This document shows positions 52,385 to 64,000 of a stretch of DNA of 64,000 bases, one piece after another (the first letter of the stretch is position 1; each line of letters begins with the position of its first letter). Source of the stretch: Eledone cirrhosa. Lineage: Eukaryota. Both the position numbers and the translations under genes were made by a program. The stretch covers positions 112,344,001-112,408,000 of the forward strand of contig OZ024743.1 of the NCBI GenBank assembly GCA_964016885.1, in the 5' to 3' direction. The notes below the pieces were generated by a model. The model ran no database searches. It was not told where the DNA came from and was given only the letters and a program-made list of their open reading frames with translations.

Positions 52385-52966
52385 TGGTGGCAGCGATTTT
52401 CCTGCTGGTGGTGGTAGTGGTTGTATTGTAGTAGTGGTGTAGCGATTTTCCTGCTGTTGGTGGTTGTGGTGGTGTTTGTAATATTAGTAGTGGTGGTAGC
52501 GATTGTCTGCTCTTGGTGGTGGTGGTTGTATTGTTAGTAGTGGTGGTAGTAATTGTCTTGCTGCTGGTGGTGGTAGTGGTTATATTGTTAGCAATGGTGG
52601 TAGTAATTGTCTTGCTGCTGGTGGTGGTAGTGATTGTCCTGCTGGTGGTGGTGGTAGTGGTGGTTGTATTGTTAGTAGTGGTGGTAGTGATTGTCCTGCT
52701 GGTGGTGGTGGTAGTGGTGGTTGTATTGTTAGTAGTGGTGGTAGTAATTATCCTGCTGGTGGTGGTAGTGGTGGTTGTATTGTTAGTAGTGGTGGTAGTG
52801 ATTGTCCTGCTGGTGGTGGTGGTAGTGGTAGTTGTATTGTTAGTAGTGGTGGTAGTAATTGTCCTGCTGGTGGTGGTAGTGGTGGTTGTATTGTTAGTAG
52901 TGGTGGTAGTGATTGTCCTGCTGCTGGTCGTGGTAGTGGTGTTTGTATTGTTACTAGTGGTGGTAG
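52385..52966. repeat. Short array of about 54-57-bp GGT-rich units
   Basis: Repeated GGTGGTAGTGGTGGTTGTATTGTTAGTAGTGGTGGTAGT(G/A)ATTGTCCTGCT. Confidence 0.9.
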
Positions 52967-53611
52967 GGGCATGGAACTAATAGTAAAGTAGTGGAAGTAT
53001 TAATTGTAGATGTGGGGATAAGTCAGGGTTATTATGTAGCTGTGTTTACTATAGAAAAAATAGAATTTCATCGAAACGAAAACCACACGGTGCTAGAACA
53101 AATTAAGTATTGGTCATAAAAGAAACCTTACATCGTGCATGATATTGCATGACGACTCAAAGAGAATGTGTCTAAATTCGTTCTTTATTTGCTAGATTAT
53201 TAGTCAAATGAGACATTTGTTTAAAATCTTTCCGTCCATTCCCAAATGGAGTGAGTTTGGAAAAGCTGAGAAACGTCATACATGTGACTAGAGACGTCTT
53301 TTGAATTACGAGAGAAATAGGAAGGAAGAAAGAAAGTATTAAAGAATCTAGTGATAGGAATAAAGAAAGAAAGGAAGTGATAAAACTATGAAGAGAAACG
53401 AAGAAAATAAGATAGGAAGGAGAGAATTACGAAAGGAAAATGTTTAAGTTTACCTAAGGGATTGCTTGCTTGTAACTTGGATAAACGTAAAAGATCAATA
53501 TGGAGAAATTAAGTATGGTGTCGAAAAAAAATCAAGTGTGATTAGTCATTGCATACTTGGCACTAAGACGTCAAACGAAACAAACGACAAATCTGGGAAC
53601 GTGGAACCAAA

Positions 53612-53681
53612 CATACATACATACATACATGTATATATAGGTACACATACAGACACACACAAACGTATATATGTATATATG

Positions 53682-53767
<86 letters not shown>

Positions 53768-53895
53768 GATATATATATATATGTACATGGACACATGCTT
53801 TTACAAACACAATTAACCCTTCTCTTTCCACTAACTATACTGAACAATGTAAATATATACATATATTTATATATATATGTGTGTGTGTGTGAGTG

Positions 53896-53950
<55 letters not shown>

Positions 53951-53982
53951 ATGTGTGTATGTATATATGTATGTATGTATGT
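53612..53982. repeat. (AT)n/(AC)n microsatellites
   Basis: Directly visible. Confidence 0.9.
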
Positions 53983-54279
53983 ACTAAATAATAAAATTCC
54001 TCAGAGCGCTGTACTTCCTAATATTATCTAACTATGTACGGTAACATTTATTTAATCTGAGCTGAATGTTTCGTATCTGGAACAATGCGAACATCAGCGC
54101 TGTGGAAGTATATAGAAAACATTATAAAAAGAAGGTGCAAGTCAGTACTTACACACGAGCGTACTGTGTAATTGAGCGCAATTAATTGCATGTAGTTCAC
54201 TGCCGTACTAAACGTGTGATGATGATGCCGTACTAAACAGGTGATGATGGTGTTGGTGCTGTTAGTGGTAGTTGTATTA

Positions 54280-57200
54280 GTAATGGTGTTGGTAGTGTTG
54301 GTAGTGTTGGTGTTAGTTGTAGTTGTACTGTTGGTAGTGTTGGTGTTAGTTGTAGGTGTACTGCTGATGGTGTTGGTAGTGTGGTGTTAGTTGTAGTTGT
54401 ACTGCTGATGGTGTTGGTAGTGTTGGTGTTGGTGGTAGTTTTACTGGTGATGGTGTTGGTAGTGTTGGTGTTGGTGATAGTTGTACTGGTGATGGTGTTG
54501 GTAGTGTTGGTGTTGGTGGTAGTTGTACTGGTGATAGTGTTGGTAGTGTTGGTGTTGGTGGTAGTTGTACTGGTGATGGTGTTGGTAGTGTTGGTGTTGG
54601 TGATAGTTGTACTGGTGATGGTGTTGGTAGTGTTGGTGTTGGTGGTAGTTGTACTGGTGATGGTGTTGGTAGTGTTGGTGTTGGTGGTAGTTGTACTGGT
54701 GATGGTGTGGGTAGTCTTGGTGTTGGTGGTAGTTGTACTGGTGATGGTGTTGGTAGTGTTGGTGTTGGTGATAGTTGTACTGGTGATGGTGTTGGTAGTG
54801 TTGGTGTTGGTGATAGTTGTACTGGTGTTGGTGTTGGTAGTGTTGGTGTTGGTGGTAGTTGTACTGGTGATGGTGTTGGTAGTCTTGGTGTTGGTGGTAG
54901 TTGTACTGGTGATGGTGTTGGTAGTGTTGGTGTTGGTGGTAGTTGTACTGGTGATGGTGTTGGTAGTGTTGGTGTTGGTGGTAGTTGTACTGGTGATGGT
55001 GTTGGAAGTGCTGGTGTTGGTGGTAGTTGTACTGGTGATGGTGTTGGTAGTCTTGGTGTTGGTGATAGTTGTACTGGTGATGGTGTTGGTAGTCTTGGTG
55101 TTGGTGGTAGTTGTACTGGTGATGGTGTTGGTAGTGCTGGTGTTGGTGGTAGTTGTACTGGTGATGGTGTTGGTAGTGCTGGTGTTGGTGGTAGTGGTAC
55201 TGGTGATGGTGTTGGTAGTGTTGGTCTTGCTGTTAGTTGTACTGGTGATGGTGTTGGTGGTAGTTGTACTGGTGATGGTGATAGTGTTGGTAGTGTTGGT
55301 GGTAGTAGTAGTTTTACTGGTGATGGAGTGGTAGTGTTGGTGTTGGTGTTAGTGGTACTGGTGATGGTGTTGGTAGTGTTGTTGTTGGTGGTAGTGGTAG
55401 TGGTAATGGTGATGGTGTTGGTGGTAGTGTTAGTGGTACGGGTGATGGTGTTGGTAGTGTTAGTGTTAGTGGAAGTTGTAGTGGTACTGGTGATCGTGTT
55501 GGTAGTGTTGGTGTGAGTGGTAGTTGTACTGGTGATGGTGTTGGTATTGTTGGTGTTAGTGGTAGTGGTAGTGGTACTGCTGATGGTGTTGGTATTGTTG
55601 GTGTTAGTGGTAGTGGTACTAGTAACGGTGTTGGTCTTGTTGTTTTTACTGGTTGTTGTATTGGTGATTGTGTTGGTAGTGTTGGTAGTGTTGATGTTGG
55701 TGCTAGTGGTAGTGGAACTGGTGATGGGGTAGTGTTGGTGTTGGTGGTATTGGTGTTGGTGGTAGTTGTACTGGTGATGGTGTTGGTAGTGTTGGTGTTG
55801 GTGGTAGTTGTACTGGTGATGGTGTTGGTAGTGTTGGTGTTAGTGGTAGTGGTACTGGTGATGGTGTTGGTAGCGTTGGTGTTAGTGGTAGTGGTACTGG
55901 TGATGGTGTTGGTAGTGTTGGTGTTGGTGATAGTGGTACTGGTGATGGTGTTGGTAGTGTTGGTGTTGGTGATAGTGGTACTGGTGATGGTGTTGGTAGT
56001 ATTGGTGTTGGTGATAGTGGTACTGGTGATGGTGTTGGTAGTGTTGGTGTTGGTGATAGTTGTACTGGTGATGGTGTTGGTAGTGTTGGTGTTGGTGGTA
56101 GTTGTACTGGTGATGGTGTTGGTAGTGTTGGTGTTGGTGGTAGTTGTACTGGTGATGGTGTTGGTAGTGTTGGTGTTGGTGGTAGTTGTACTGGTGATGG
56201 TGTTGGTAGTGTTGGTGTTGGTGGTAGTTGTACTGGTGATGGTGTTGGTAGTGTTGGTGTTGGTGGTAGTTGTACTGGTGATGGTGTTGGTAGTGTTGGT
56301 GTTGGTGGTAGTGGTACTGGTGATGGTGTTGGTAGCGTTGGTGTTAGTGGTAGTGGTACTGGTGATGGTGTTGGTAGCGTTGGTGTTGGTGATAGTGGTA
56401 CTGGTGATGGTGTTGGTAGCGTTGGTGTTGGTGATAGTGGTACTGGTGATGGTGTTGGTGGTGTTGGTGTTGGTGATAGTGGTACTGGTGATGGTGTTGG
56501 TAGTATTGGTGTTGGTGATAGTGGTACTGGTGATGGTGTTGGTAGTGTTGGTGTTGGTGATAGTTGTACTGGTGATGGTGTTGGTAGTGTTGGTGTTGGT
56601 GGTAGTTGTACTGGTGATGGTGTTGGTAGTGTTGGTGTTGGTGGTAGTGGTACTGGTGATGGTGTTGGTAGTGTTGGTGTTAGTGGTAGTGGTACTGGTG
56701 ATGGTGTTGGTAGTGTTGGTGTTGGTGATAGTTGTACTGGTGATGGTGTTGGTAGTGTTGGTGTTAGTGGTAGTGGTACTGGTGATGGTGTTGGTAGTGT
56801 TGGTGTTAGTGGTAGTGGTACTGGTGATGGTGTTGGTAGTGTTGGTGTTAGTGGTAGTGGTACTGGTGATGGTGTTGGTAGTGTTGGTGTTAGTGGTAGT
56901 TGTACTGGTGTTGGTGTTGGTAGTGTTGGTGTTGGTGGTAGTTGTACTGGTGATGGTGTTGGTAGTGTTGGTGTTAGTGGTAGTGGTACTGGTGATGGTG
57001 TTGGTAGTGTTGGTGTTAGTGGTAGTGGTACTGGTGATGGTGTTGGTAGTGTTGGTGTTAGTGGTAGTGGTACTGGTGATGGTGTTGGTAGTCTTGGTGT
57101 TAGTGGTAGTGGTACTGGTGATGGTGTTGGTAGTGTTGGTGTTAGTGGTAGTGGTACTGGTGATGGTGTTGGTAGTGTTGGTGTTAGTGGTAGTGGTACT

Positions 57201-60200
57201 GGTGATGGTGTTGGTAGTCTTGGTGTTAGTGGTAGTGGTAGTGGTGATGGTGTTGGTAGTGTTGGTGTTAGTGGTAGTTGTACTGGTGATGGTGTTGGTA
57301 GTCTTGGTGTTAGTGGTAGTGGTAGTGGTGATGGTGTTGGTAGTGTTGGTGTTAGTGGTAGTTGTACTGGTGATGGTGTTGGTAGTGCTGGTGTTGGTGA
57401 TAGTGGTACGGGTGTTGGTGTTGGTAGTGTTGGTGTTGGTGGTAGTTGTACTGGTGATGGTGTTGGTAGTGTTGGTGTTGGTGATAGTTGTACTGGTGAT
57501 GGTGTTGGTAGTGTTGGTGTTGGTGGTAGTTGTACTGGTGATGGTGTTGGTAGTGTTGGTGTTGGTGATAGTGGTACTGGTGATGGTGTTGGTAGTGCTG
57601 GTGTTGGTGGTAGTTGTGCTGGTGAGGGTGTTGGTAGAGTTGGTGTTGGTGGTAGTTGTACTGGTGATGGTGTTGGTAGTCTTGGTGTTGGTGGTAGTTG
57701 TACTGGTGATGGTGTTGGTAGTGTTGGTGTTGGTGGTAGTTGTACTGGTGATGGTGTTGGTAGTGCTGGTGTTGGTGGTAGTTGTACTGGTGATGGTGTT
57801 GGTAGTGTTGGTGTTGGTGATAGTTGTACTGTTGTTGGTGTTGGTAGTGTTGGTGTTAGTGATAGTGGTACTGGTGATGGTGTTGGTAGTGTTGGTGTTG
57901 GTGGTAGTTGTACTGGTGTTGGTGTTGGTAGTCTTGGTGTTGGTGGTAGTTGTACTGGTGTTGGTGTTGGTAGTGTTGGTGTTGGTGGTAGTTGTACTGG
58001 TGATGGCGTTGGTAGTGTTGGTGTTGGTGATAGTTGTACTGGTGATGGCGTTGGTAGTGTTGGTGTTGGTGATAGTTGTACTGGTGTTGGTGTTGGTAGT
58101 GTTGGTGTTGGTGGTAGTTGTACTGGTGTTGGTGTTGGTAGTGTTGGTGTTGGTGGTAGTTGTACTGGTGATGGTGTTGGTAGTGTTGGTGTTGGTGGTA
58201 GTTGTACTGGTGATGGTGTTGGTAGTGTTGGTGTTGGTGATAGTTGTACTGGTGATGGTGTTGCTAGTGTTGGTGTTGGTGGTAGTTGTACTGGTGTTGG
58301 TGTTGGTAGTCTTGGTGTTGGTGGTAGTTGTACTGGTGATGGTGTTGGTAGTGTTGGTGTTGGTGATAGTGGTACTGGTGATGGTGTTGGTAGTGTTGGT
58401 GTTGGTGGTAGTTGTACTGGTGATGGTGTTGGTAGTGTTGGTGTTGGTGGTAGTTGTACTGGTGTTGGTGTTGGTAGTGTTGGTGTTGGTGGTAGTTGTA
58501 CTGGTGATGGTGTTGGTAGTGTTGGTGTTGGTGATAGTTGTACTGGTGATGGTGTTGGTAGTGTTGGTGTTGGTGGTAGTTGTACTGGTGTTGGTGTTGG
58601 TAGTCTTGGTGTTTGTGGTAGTTGTACTGGTGATGGTGTTGGTAGTGTTGGTGTTGGTGATAGTGGTACTGGTGATGGTGTTGGTAGTGTTGGTGTTGGT
58701 GGTAGTTGTACTGGTGTTGGTGTTGGTAGTGTTGGTGTTGGTGATAGTTGTACTGGTGATGGTGTTGGTAGTCTTGGTGTTGGTGGTAGTTGTACTGGTG
58801 AAGGTGTGGGTAGTGTTGGTGTTGGTGGTAGTTGTACTGGTGATGGTGTTGGTAGTGTTGGTGTTGGTGGTAGTTGTACTGGTGATGGTGTTGGTAGTGT
58901 TGGTGTTGGTGGTAGTTGTACTGGTGATGGTGTTGGTAGTGTTGGTGTTGGTGATAGTGGTACTGGTGATGGTGTTGGTAGTGTTGGTGTTGGTGATAGT
59001 GGTACTGGTGATGGTGTTGGTAGTGTTGGTGTTAGTGGTAGTGGTAGTGGTGATGGTGTTGGTAGTGTTGGTGTTAGTGGTAGTTGTACTGGTGATGGTG
59101 TTGGTAGTGTTGGTGTTGGTGATAGTTGTACTGGTGATGGTGTTGGTTGTGTTGGTGTTGGTGATAGTTGTACTGGTGATGGTGTTGGTAGTGTTGGTGT
59201 TAGTGATAGTTGTACTGGTGATGGTGTTGGTAGTGTTGGTGTTGGTGATAGTTGTACTGGTGATGGTGTTGGTAGTGTTGGTGTTGGTGATAGTGGTACT
59301 GGTGATGGTGTTGGTAGTGTTGGTGTTGGTGGTAGTTGTACTGGTGATGGTGTTGGTAGTGTTGGTGTTAGTGATAGTTGTACTGGTGATGGTGTTGGTA
59401 GTGTTGGTGTTGGTGATAGTTGTACTGGTGATGGTGTTGGTACTGTTGGTGTTGGTGATAGTTGTACTGGTGATGGTGTTGGTAGTGTTGGTGTTGGTGA
59501 TAGTTGTACTGGTGATGGTGTTGGTAGTGTTGGTGTTGGTGGTAGTGGTACTGGTGATGGTGTTGGTAGTGTTGGTGTTGGTGGTAGTTGTACTGGTGAT
59601 GGTGTTGGTAGCGTTGGTGTTGGTGGTAGTTGTACTGGTGATGGTGTTGGTAGTGTTGGTGTTAGTGGTAGTGGTACTGGTGATGGTGTTGGTAGTGTTG
59701 GTGTTAGTTGGAGTTGTACTGCTGATGGTGTTGGTAGTGTTGGTGTTGGTGGTAGTGGTACTGGTGATGGTGTTGGTAGTGTTGGTGTGAGTGGTAGTTG
59801 TACTGGTGATGGTGTTGGTAGTGTTGGTGTTGGTGGTAGTTGTACTGGTGATGGTGTTGGTAGTGTTGGTGTTGGTGGTAGTGGTACTGGTGATGGTGTT
59901 GGTAGTGTTGGTGTTGGTGGTAGTTGTACTGGTGATGGTGTTGGTAGTGCTGGTGTTGGTGATAGTTGTACTGGTGATGGTGTTGGTAGTGTTGGTGTTG
60001 GTGGTAGTTGTACTGGTGATGGTGTTGGTAGTGTTGGTGTTGGTGGTAGTTGTACTGGTGATGGTGTTGGTAGTGTTGGTGTTGGTGATAATTGTACCGG
60101 TGATGGTGTTGGTAGTGTTGGTGTTGGTGGTAGTTGTACTGGTGATGGTGTTGGTAGTGCTGGTGTTGGTGGTAGTTGTACTGGTGATGGTGTTGGTAGT

Positions 60201-63200
60201 GTTGGTGTTGGTGATAGTTGTACTGGTGATGGTGTTGGTAGTGTTGGTGTTGGTGGTAGTTGTACTGGTGATGGTGTTGGTAGTGTTGGTGTTGGTGATA
60301 GTTGTACTGGTGATGGTGTTGGTAGTGTTGGTGTTGGTGGTAGTTGTACTGGTGATGGTGTTGGTAGTGCTGGTGTTGGTGGTAGTTGTACTGGTGATGG
60401 TGTTGGTAGTGCTGGTGTTGGTGGTAGTTGTACTGGTGATGGTGTTGGTAGTGCTGGTGTTGGTGATAGTTGTACTGGTGATGGTGTTGGTAGTGTTGGT
60501 GTTGGTGGTAGTTGTACTGGTGATGGTGTTGGTAGTGTTGGTGTTGGTGGTAGTTGTACTGGTGATGGTGTTGGTAGTGTTGGTGTTGGTGATAGTTGTA
60601 CTGGTGATGGTGTTGGTAGTGTTGGTGTTGGTGGTAGTTGTACTGGTGATGGTGTTGGTAGTGCTGGTGTTGGTGGTAGTTGTACTGGTGATGGTGTTGG
60701 TAGTGCTGGTGTTCGTGGTAGTTGTACTGGTGATGGTGTTGGTAGTGCTGGTGTTGGTGGTAGTTGTACTGGTGATGGTGTTGGTAGTGCTGGTGTTGGT
60801 GGTAGTTGTACTGGTGATGGTGTTGGTAGTGTTGGTGTTGGTGATAGTTGTACTGGTGATGGTGTTGGTAGTGTTGGTGTTGGTGATAGTTGTACTGGTG
60901 ATGGTGTTGGTAGTGTTGGTGTTGGTGATAGTTGTACTGGTGATGGTGTTGGTAGTGCTGGTGTTGGTGGTAGTTGTACTGGTGATGGTGTTGGTAGTGC
61001 TGGTGTTGGTGGTAGTTGTACTGGTGTTGGTGTTGGTAGTCTTGGTGTTAGTGGTAGTGGTAATGGTGATGGTGTTGGTAGTGTTGGTGTTGGTGATAGT
61101 TGTACTGGTGATAGTGTTGGTAGTCTTGGTGTTAGTGGTAGTGGTAGTGGTGATGGTGTTGGTAGTGTTGGTGTTAGTGGTAGTGGTACTGGTGATGGTG
61201 TTGGTAGTCTTGGTGTTAGTGGTAGTGGTAGTGGTGATGGTGTTGGTAGTGTTGGTGTTAGTGGTAGTGGTACTGGTGATGGTGTTGGTAGTCTTGGTGT
61301 TAGTGGTAGTGGTAGTGGTGATGGTGTTGGTAGTGTTGGTGTTAGTGGTAGTTGTACTGGTGTTGGTGTTGGTAGTGTTGGTGTTGGTAATAGTGGTACT
61401 GGTGTTGGTGTTGGTAGTGTTGGTGTTGGTGATAGTTGTACTGGTGATGGTGTTGGTAGTGTTGGTGTTGGTGATAGTTGTACTGGTGATGGTGTTGGTA
61501 GTGTTGGTGTTGGTGATAGTTGTACTGGTGATGGTGTTGGTAGTGTTGGTGTTGGTGATAGTTGTACTGGTGATGGTGTTGGTAGTGTTGGTGTTGGTGG
61601 TAGTGGTACTGGTGATGGTGTTGGTAGTGTTGGTGTTGGTGGTAGTTGTACTGGTGATGGTGTTGGTAGCGTTGGTGTTGGTGGTAGTTGTACTGGTGAT
61701 GGTGTTGGTAGTGTTGGTGTTAGTGGTAGTGGTACTGGTGATGGTGTTGGTAGTGTTGGTGTTAGTTGGAGTTGTACTGCTGATGGTGTTGGTAGTGTTG
61801 GTGTTGGTGGTAGTGGTACTGGTGATAGTGTTGGTAGTGTTGGTGTGAGTGGTAGTTGTACTGGTGATGGTGTTGGTAGTGTTGGTGTTGGTGGTAGTTG
61901 TACTGGTGATGGTGTTGGTAGTGTTGGTGTTGGTGGTAGTGGTACTGGTGATGGTGTTGGTAGTGTTGGTGTTGGTGGTAGTTGTACTGGTGATGGTGTT
62001 GGTAGTGTTGGTGTTGGTGGTAGTTGTACTGGTGATGGTGTTGGTAGTGTTGGTGTTAGTGGTAGTGGTACTGGTGATGGTGTTGGTAGTGTTGGTGTTG
62101 GTGATAGTTGTACTGGTGTTGGTGTTGGTAGTGTTGGTGTTGGTGATAGTTGTACTGGTGATGGTGTTGGTAGTCTTGGTGTTGGTGGTAGTTGTACTGG
62201 TGATGGTGTTGGTAGTGTTGGTGTTGGTGATAGTTGTACTGGTGATGGTGTTGGTAGTGTTGGTGTTGGTGATAGTTGTACTGGTGATGGTGTTGGTAGT
62301 GTTGGTGTTGGTGATAGTTGTACTGGTGATGGTGTTGGTAGCGTTGGTGTTGGTGATAGTTGTACTGGTGATGGTGTTGGTAGTGTTGGTGTTGGTGATA
62401 GTTGTACTGGTGTTGGTGTTGGTAGTGTTGGTGTTGGTGGTAGTTGTACTGGTGATGGTGTTGGTAGTGTTGGTGTTGGTGGTAGTTGTACTGGTGATGG
62501 TGTTGGTAGTCTTGGTGTTGGTGGTAGTGGTACTGGTGATAGTGTTGGTAGTGTTGGTGTTGGTGATAGTTGTACTGGTGATGGTGTTGGTAGCGTTGGT
62601 GTTGGTGATAGTTGTACTGGTGATGGTGTTGGTAGTCTTGGTGTTGGTGATAGTTGTACTGGTGATGGTGTTGGTAGTCTTGGTGTTGGTGATAGTTGTA
62701 CTGGTGATGGTGTTGGTAGTGTTGGTGTTGGTGATAGTTGTACTGGTGATGGTGTTGGTAGTGTTGGTGTTGGTGGTAGTTGTACTGGTGATGGTGTTGG
62801 TAGTCTTGATGTTGGTGGTAGTTGTACTGGTGATGGTGTTGGAAGTGCTGGTGTTAGTGGTAGTTGTACTGGTGATGGTGTTGGTAGTGTTGGTGTTGGT
62901 GATAGTTGTACTGGTGTTGGTGTTGGTAGTGTTGGTGTTGGTGGTAGTTGTACTGGTGATGGTGTTGGTAGTGTTGGTGTTGGTGTTAGTTGTACTGGTG
63001 ATGGTGTTGGTAGTGTTGGTGTTGGTGGTACTGGTGATGGTGTTGGTAGTGCTGGTGTTGGTGGTAGTTGTACTGGTGATGGTGTTGGTAGTGTTGGTGT
63101 TGGTGGTAGTTGTACTGGTGATGGTGTTGGTAGTGTTTGTGTTGGTGATAGTGGTACTGGTGATGGTGTTGGTAGTGTTGGTGTTGGTGGTAGTTGTACT

Positions 63201-64000
63201 GGTGATGGTGTTGGTAGCGTTGGTGTTGGTGATAGTTGTACTGGTGTTGGTGTTGGTAGTGTTGGTGTTGGTGGTACTGGTGATGGTGTTGGTAGTGTTG
63301 GTGTTGGTGATAGTTGTACTGGTGTTGGTGTTGGTAGTGTTGGTGTTGGTGGTAGTTGTACTGGTGATGGTGTTGGTAGTGCTGGTGTTGGTGGTAGTTG
63401 TACTGGTGATGGTGTTGGTAGTCTTGGTGTTGGTGGTAGTTGTACTGGTGATGGTGTTGGTAGTGTTGGTGTTGGTGGTAGTTGTACTGGTGATGGTGTT
63501 GGTAGTGCTGGTGTTGGTGGTAGTTGTACTGGTGATGGTGTTGGTAGTGTTGGTGTTGGTGATAGTTGTACTGTTGTTGGTGTTGGTAGTGTTGGTGTTA
63601 GTGATAGTGGTACTGGTGATGGTGTTGGTAGTGTTGGTGTTGGTGGTAGTTGTACTGGTGTTGGTGTTGGTAGTCTTGGTGTTGGTGGTAGTTGTACTGG
63701 TGTTGGTGTTGGTAGTGTTGGTGTTGGTGGTAGTTGTACTGGTGATGGCGTTGGTAGTGTTGGTGTTGGTGATAGTTGTACTGGTGATGGCGTTGGTAGT
63801 GTTGGTGTTGGTGATAGTTGTACTGGTGTTGGTGTTGGTAGTGTTGGTGTTGGTGGTAGTTGTACTGGTGTTGGTGTTGGTAGTGTTGGTGTTGGTGGTA
63901 GTTGTACTGGTGATGGTGTTGGTAGTGTTGGTGTTGGTGGTAGTTGTACTGGTGATGGTGTTGGTAGTGTTGGTGTTGGTGATAGTTGTACTGGTGATGG
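54280..64000. repeat. Tandem array of a 42-bp unit, over 9.7 kb, running off the window end
   Basis: Consensus GGTAGTTGTACTGGTGATGGTGTTGGTAGTGTTGGTGTTGGT; degenerate patch at about 55250-55740. Confidence 0.98.
55730..64000 (-). other. Possible large mucin-like exon: ([14 protein letters not shown])n, or alternatively ([14 protein letters not shown])n
   Basis: No frameshift seen over about 8.2 kb, only in-frame 36-bp variants. Two minus-strand frames appear stop-free. No start codon or globular domain in the window. Confidence 0.35.

Noticed and set aside
32345-61848. Long Val/Leu-rich plus-strand ORFs, up to 1425 aa
   Set aside because: Implausible all-hydrophobic products caused by stop-poor G/T repeats.
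52503-64000. Gly/Cys-rich plus frames ([12 protein letters not shown]; GGGSGGCIVSS) as a structural protein
   Set aside because: This is the antisense shadow of the Thr/Asn frame. Variation falls mostly at first and second codon positions, and no start or signal peptide was seen.
32605-64000. CRISPR array or telomeric repeat
   Set aside because: No unique spacers or cas genes, no TTAGGG-type units, and the context is eukaryotic.

Overview
Repeat-dense eukaryotic genomic DNA. The SINE family and microsatellite load resemble octopus/cephalopod DNA; this is an inference from recall, not a database match. No intact host gene can be supported. Positions 1-32 kb hold transposon remnants and microsatellites: two internally deleted mariner elements, a hAT MITE, a full-length disrupted RTE-clade LINE that begins with an HDV-like ribozyme fold, five Tx1-like LINE copies or fragments, and about ten tRNA-type SINEs. 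The Tx1-like copies sit in (ATCT)n or (ATT)n tracts. They share a covarying 3' stem-loop and a GAAAC-AT terminus with the SINEs, which suggests a microsatellite-targeting LINE/SINE partnership. Positions 32-64 kb hold related 60-bp, about 54-57-bp and 42-bp triplet-periodic tandem arrays. On the minus strand these read as a Thr/Asn-rich mucin-like sequence, but it is broken by frameshifts and a SINE.
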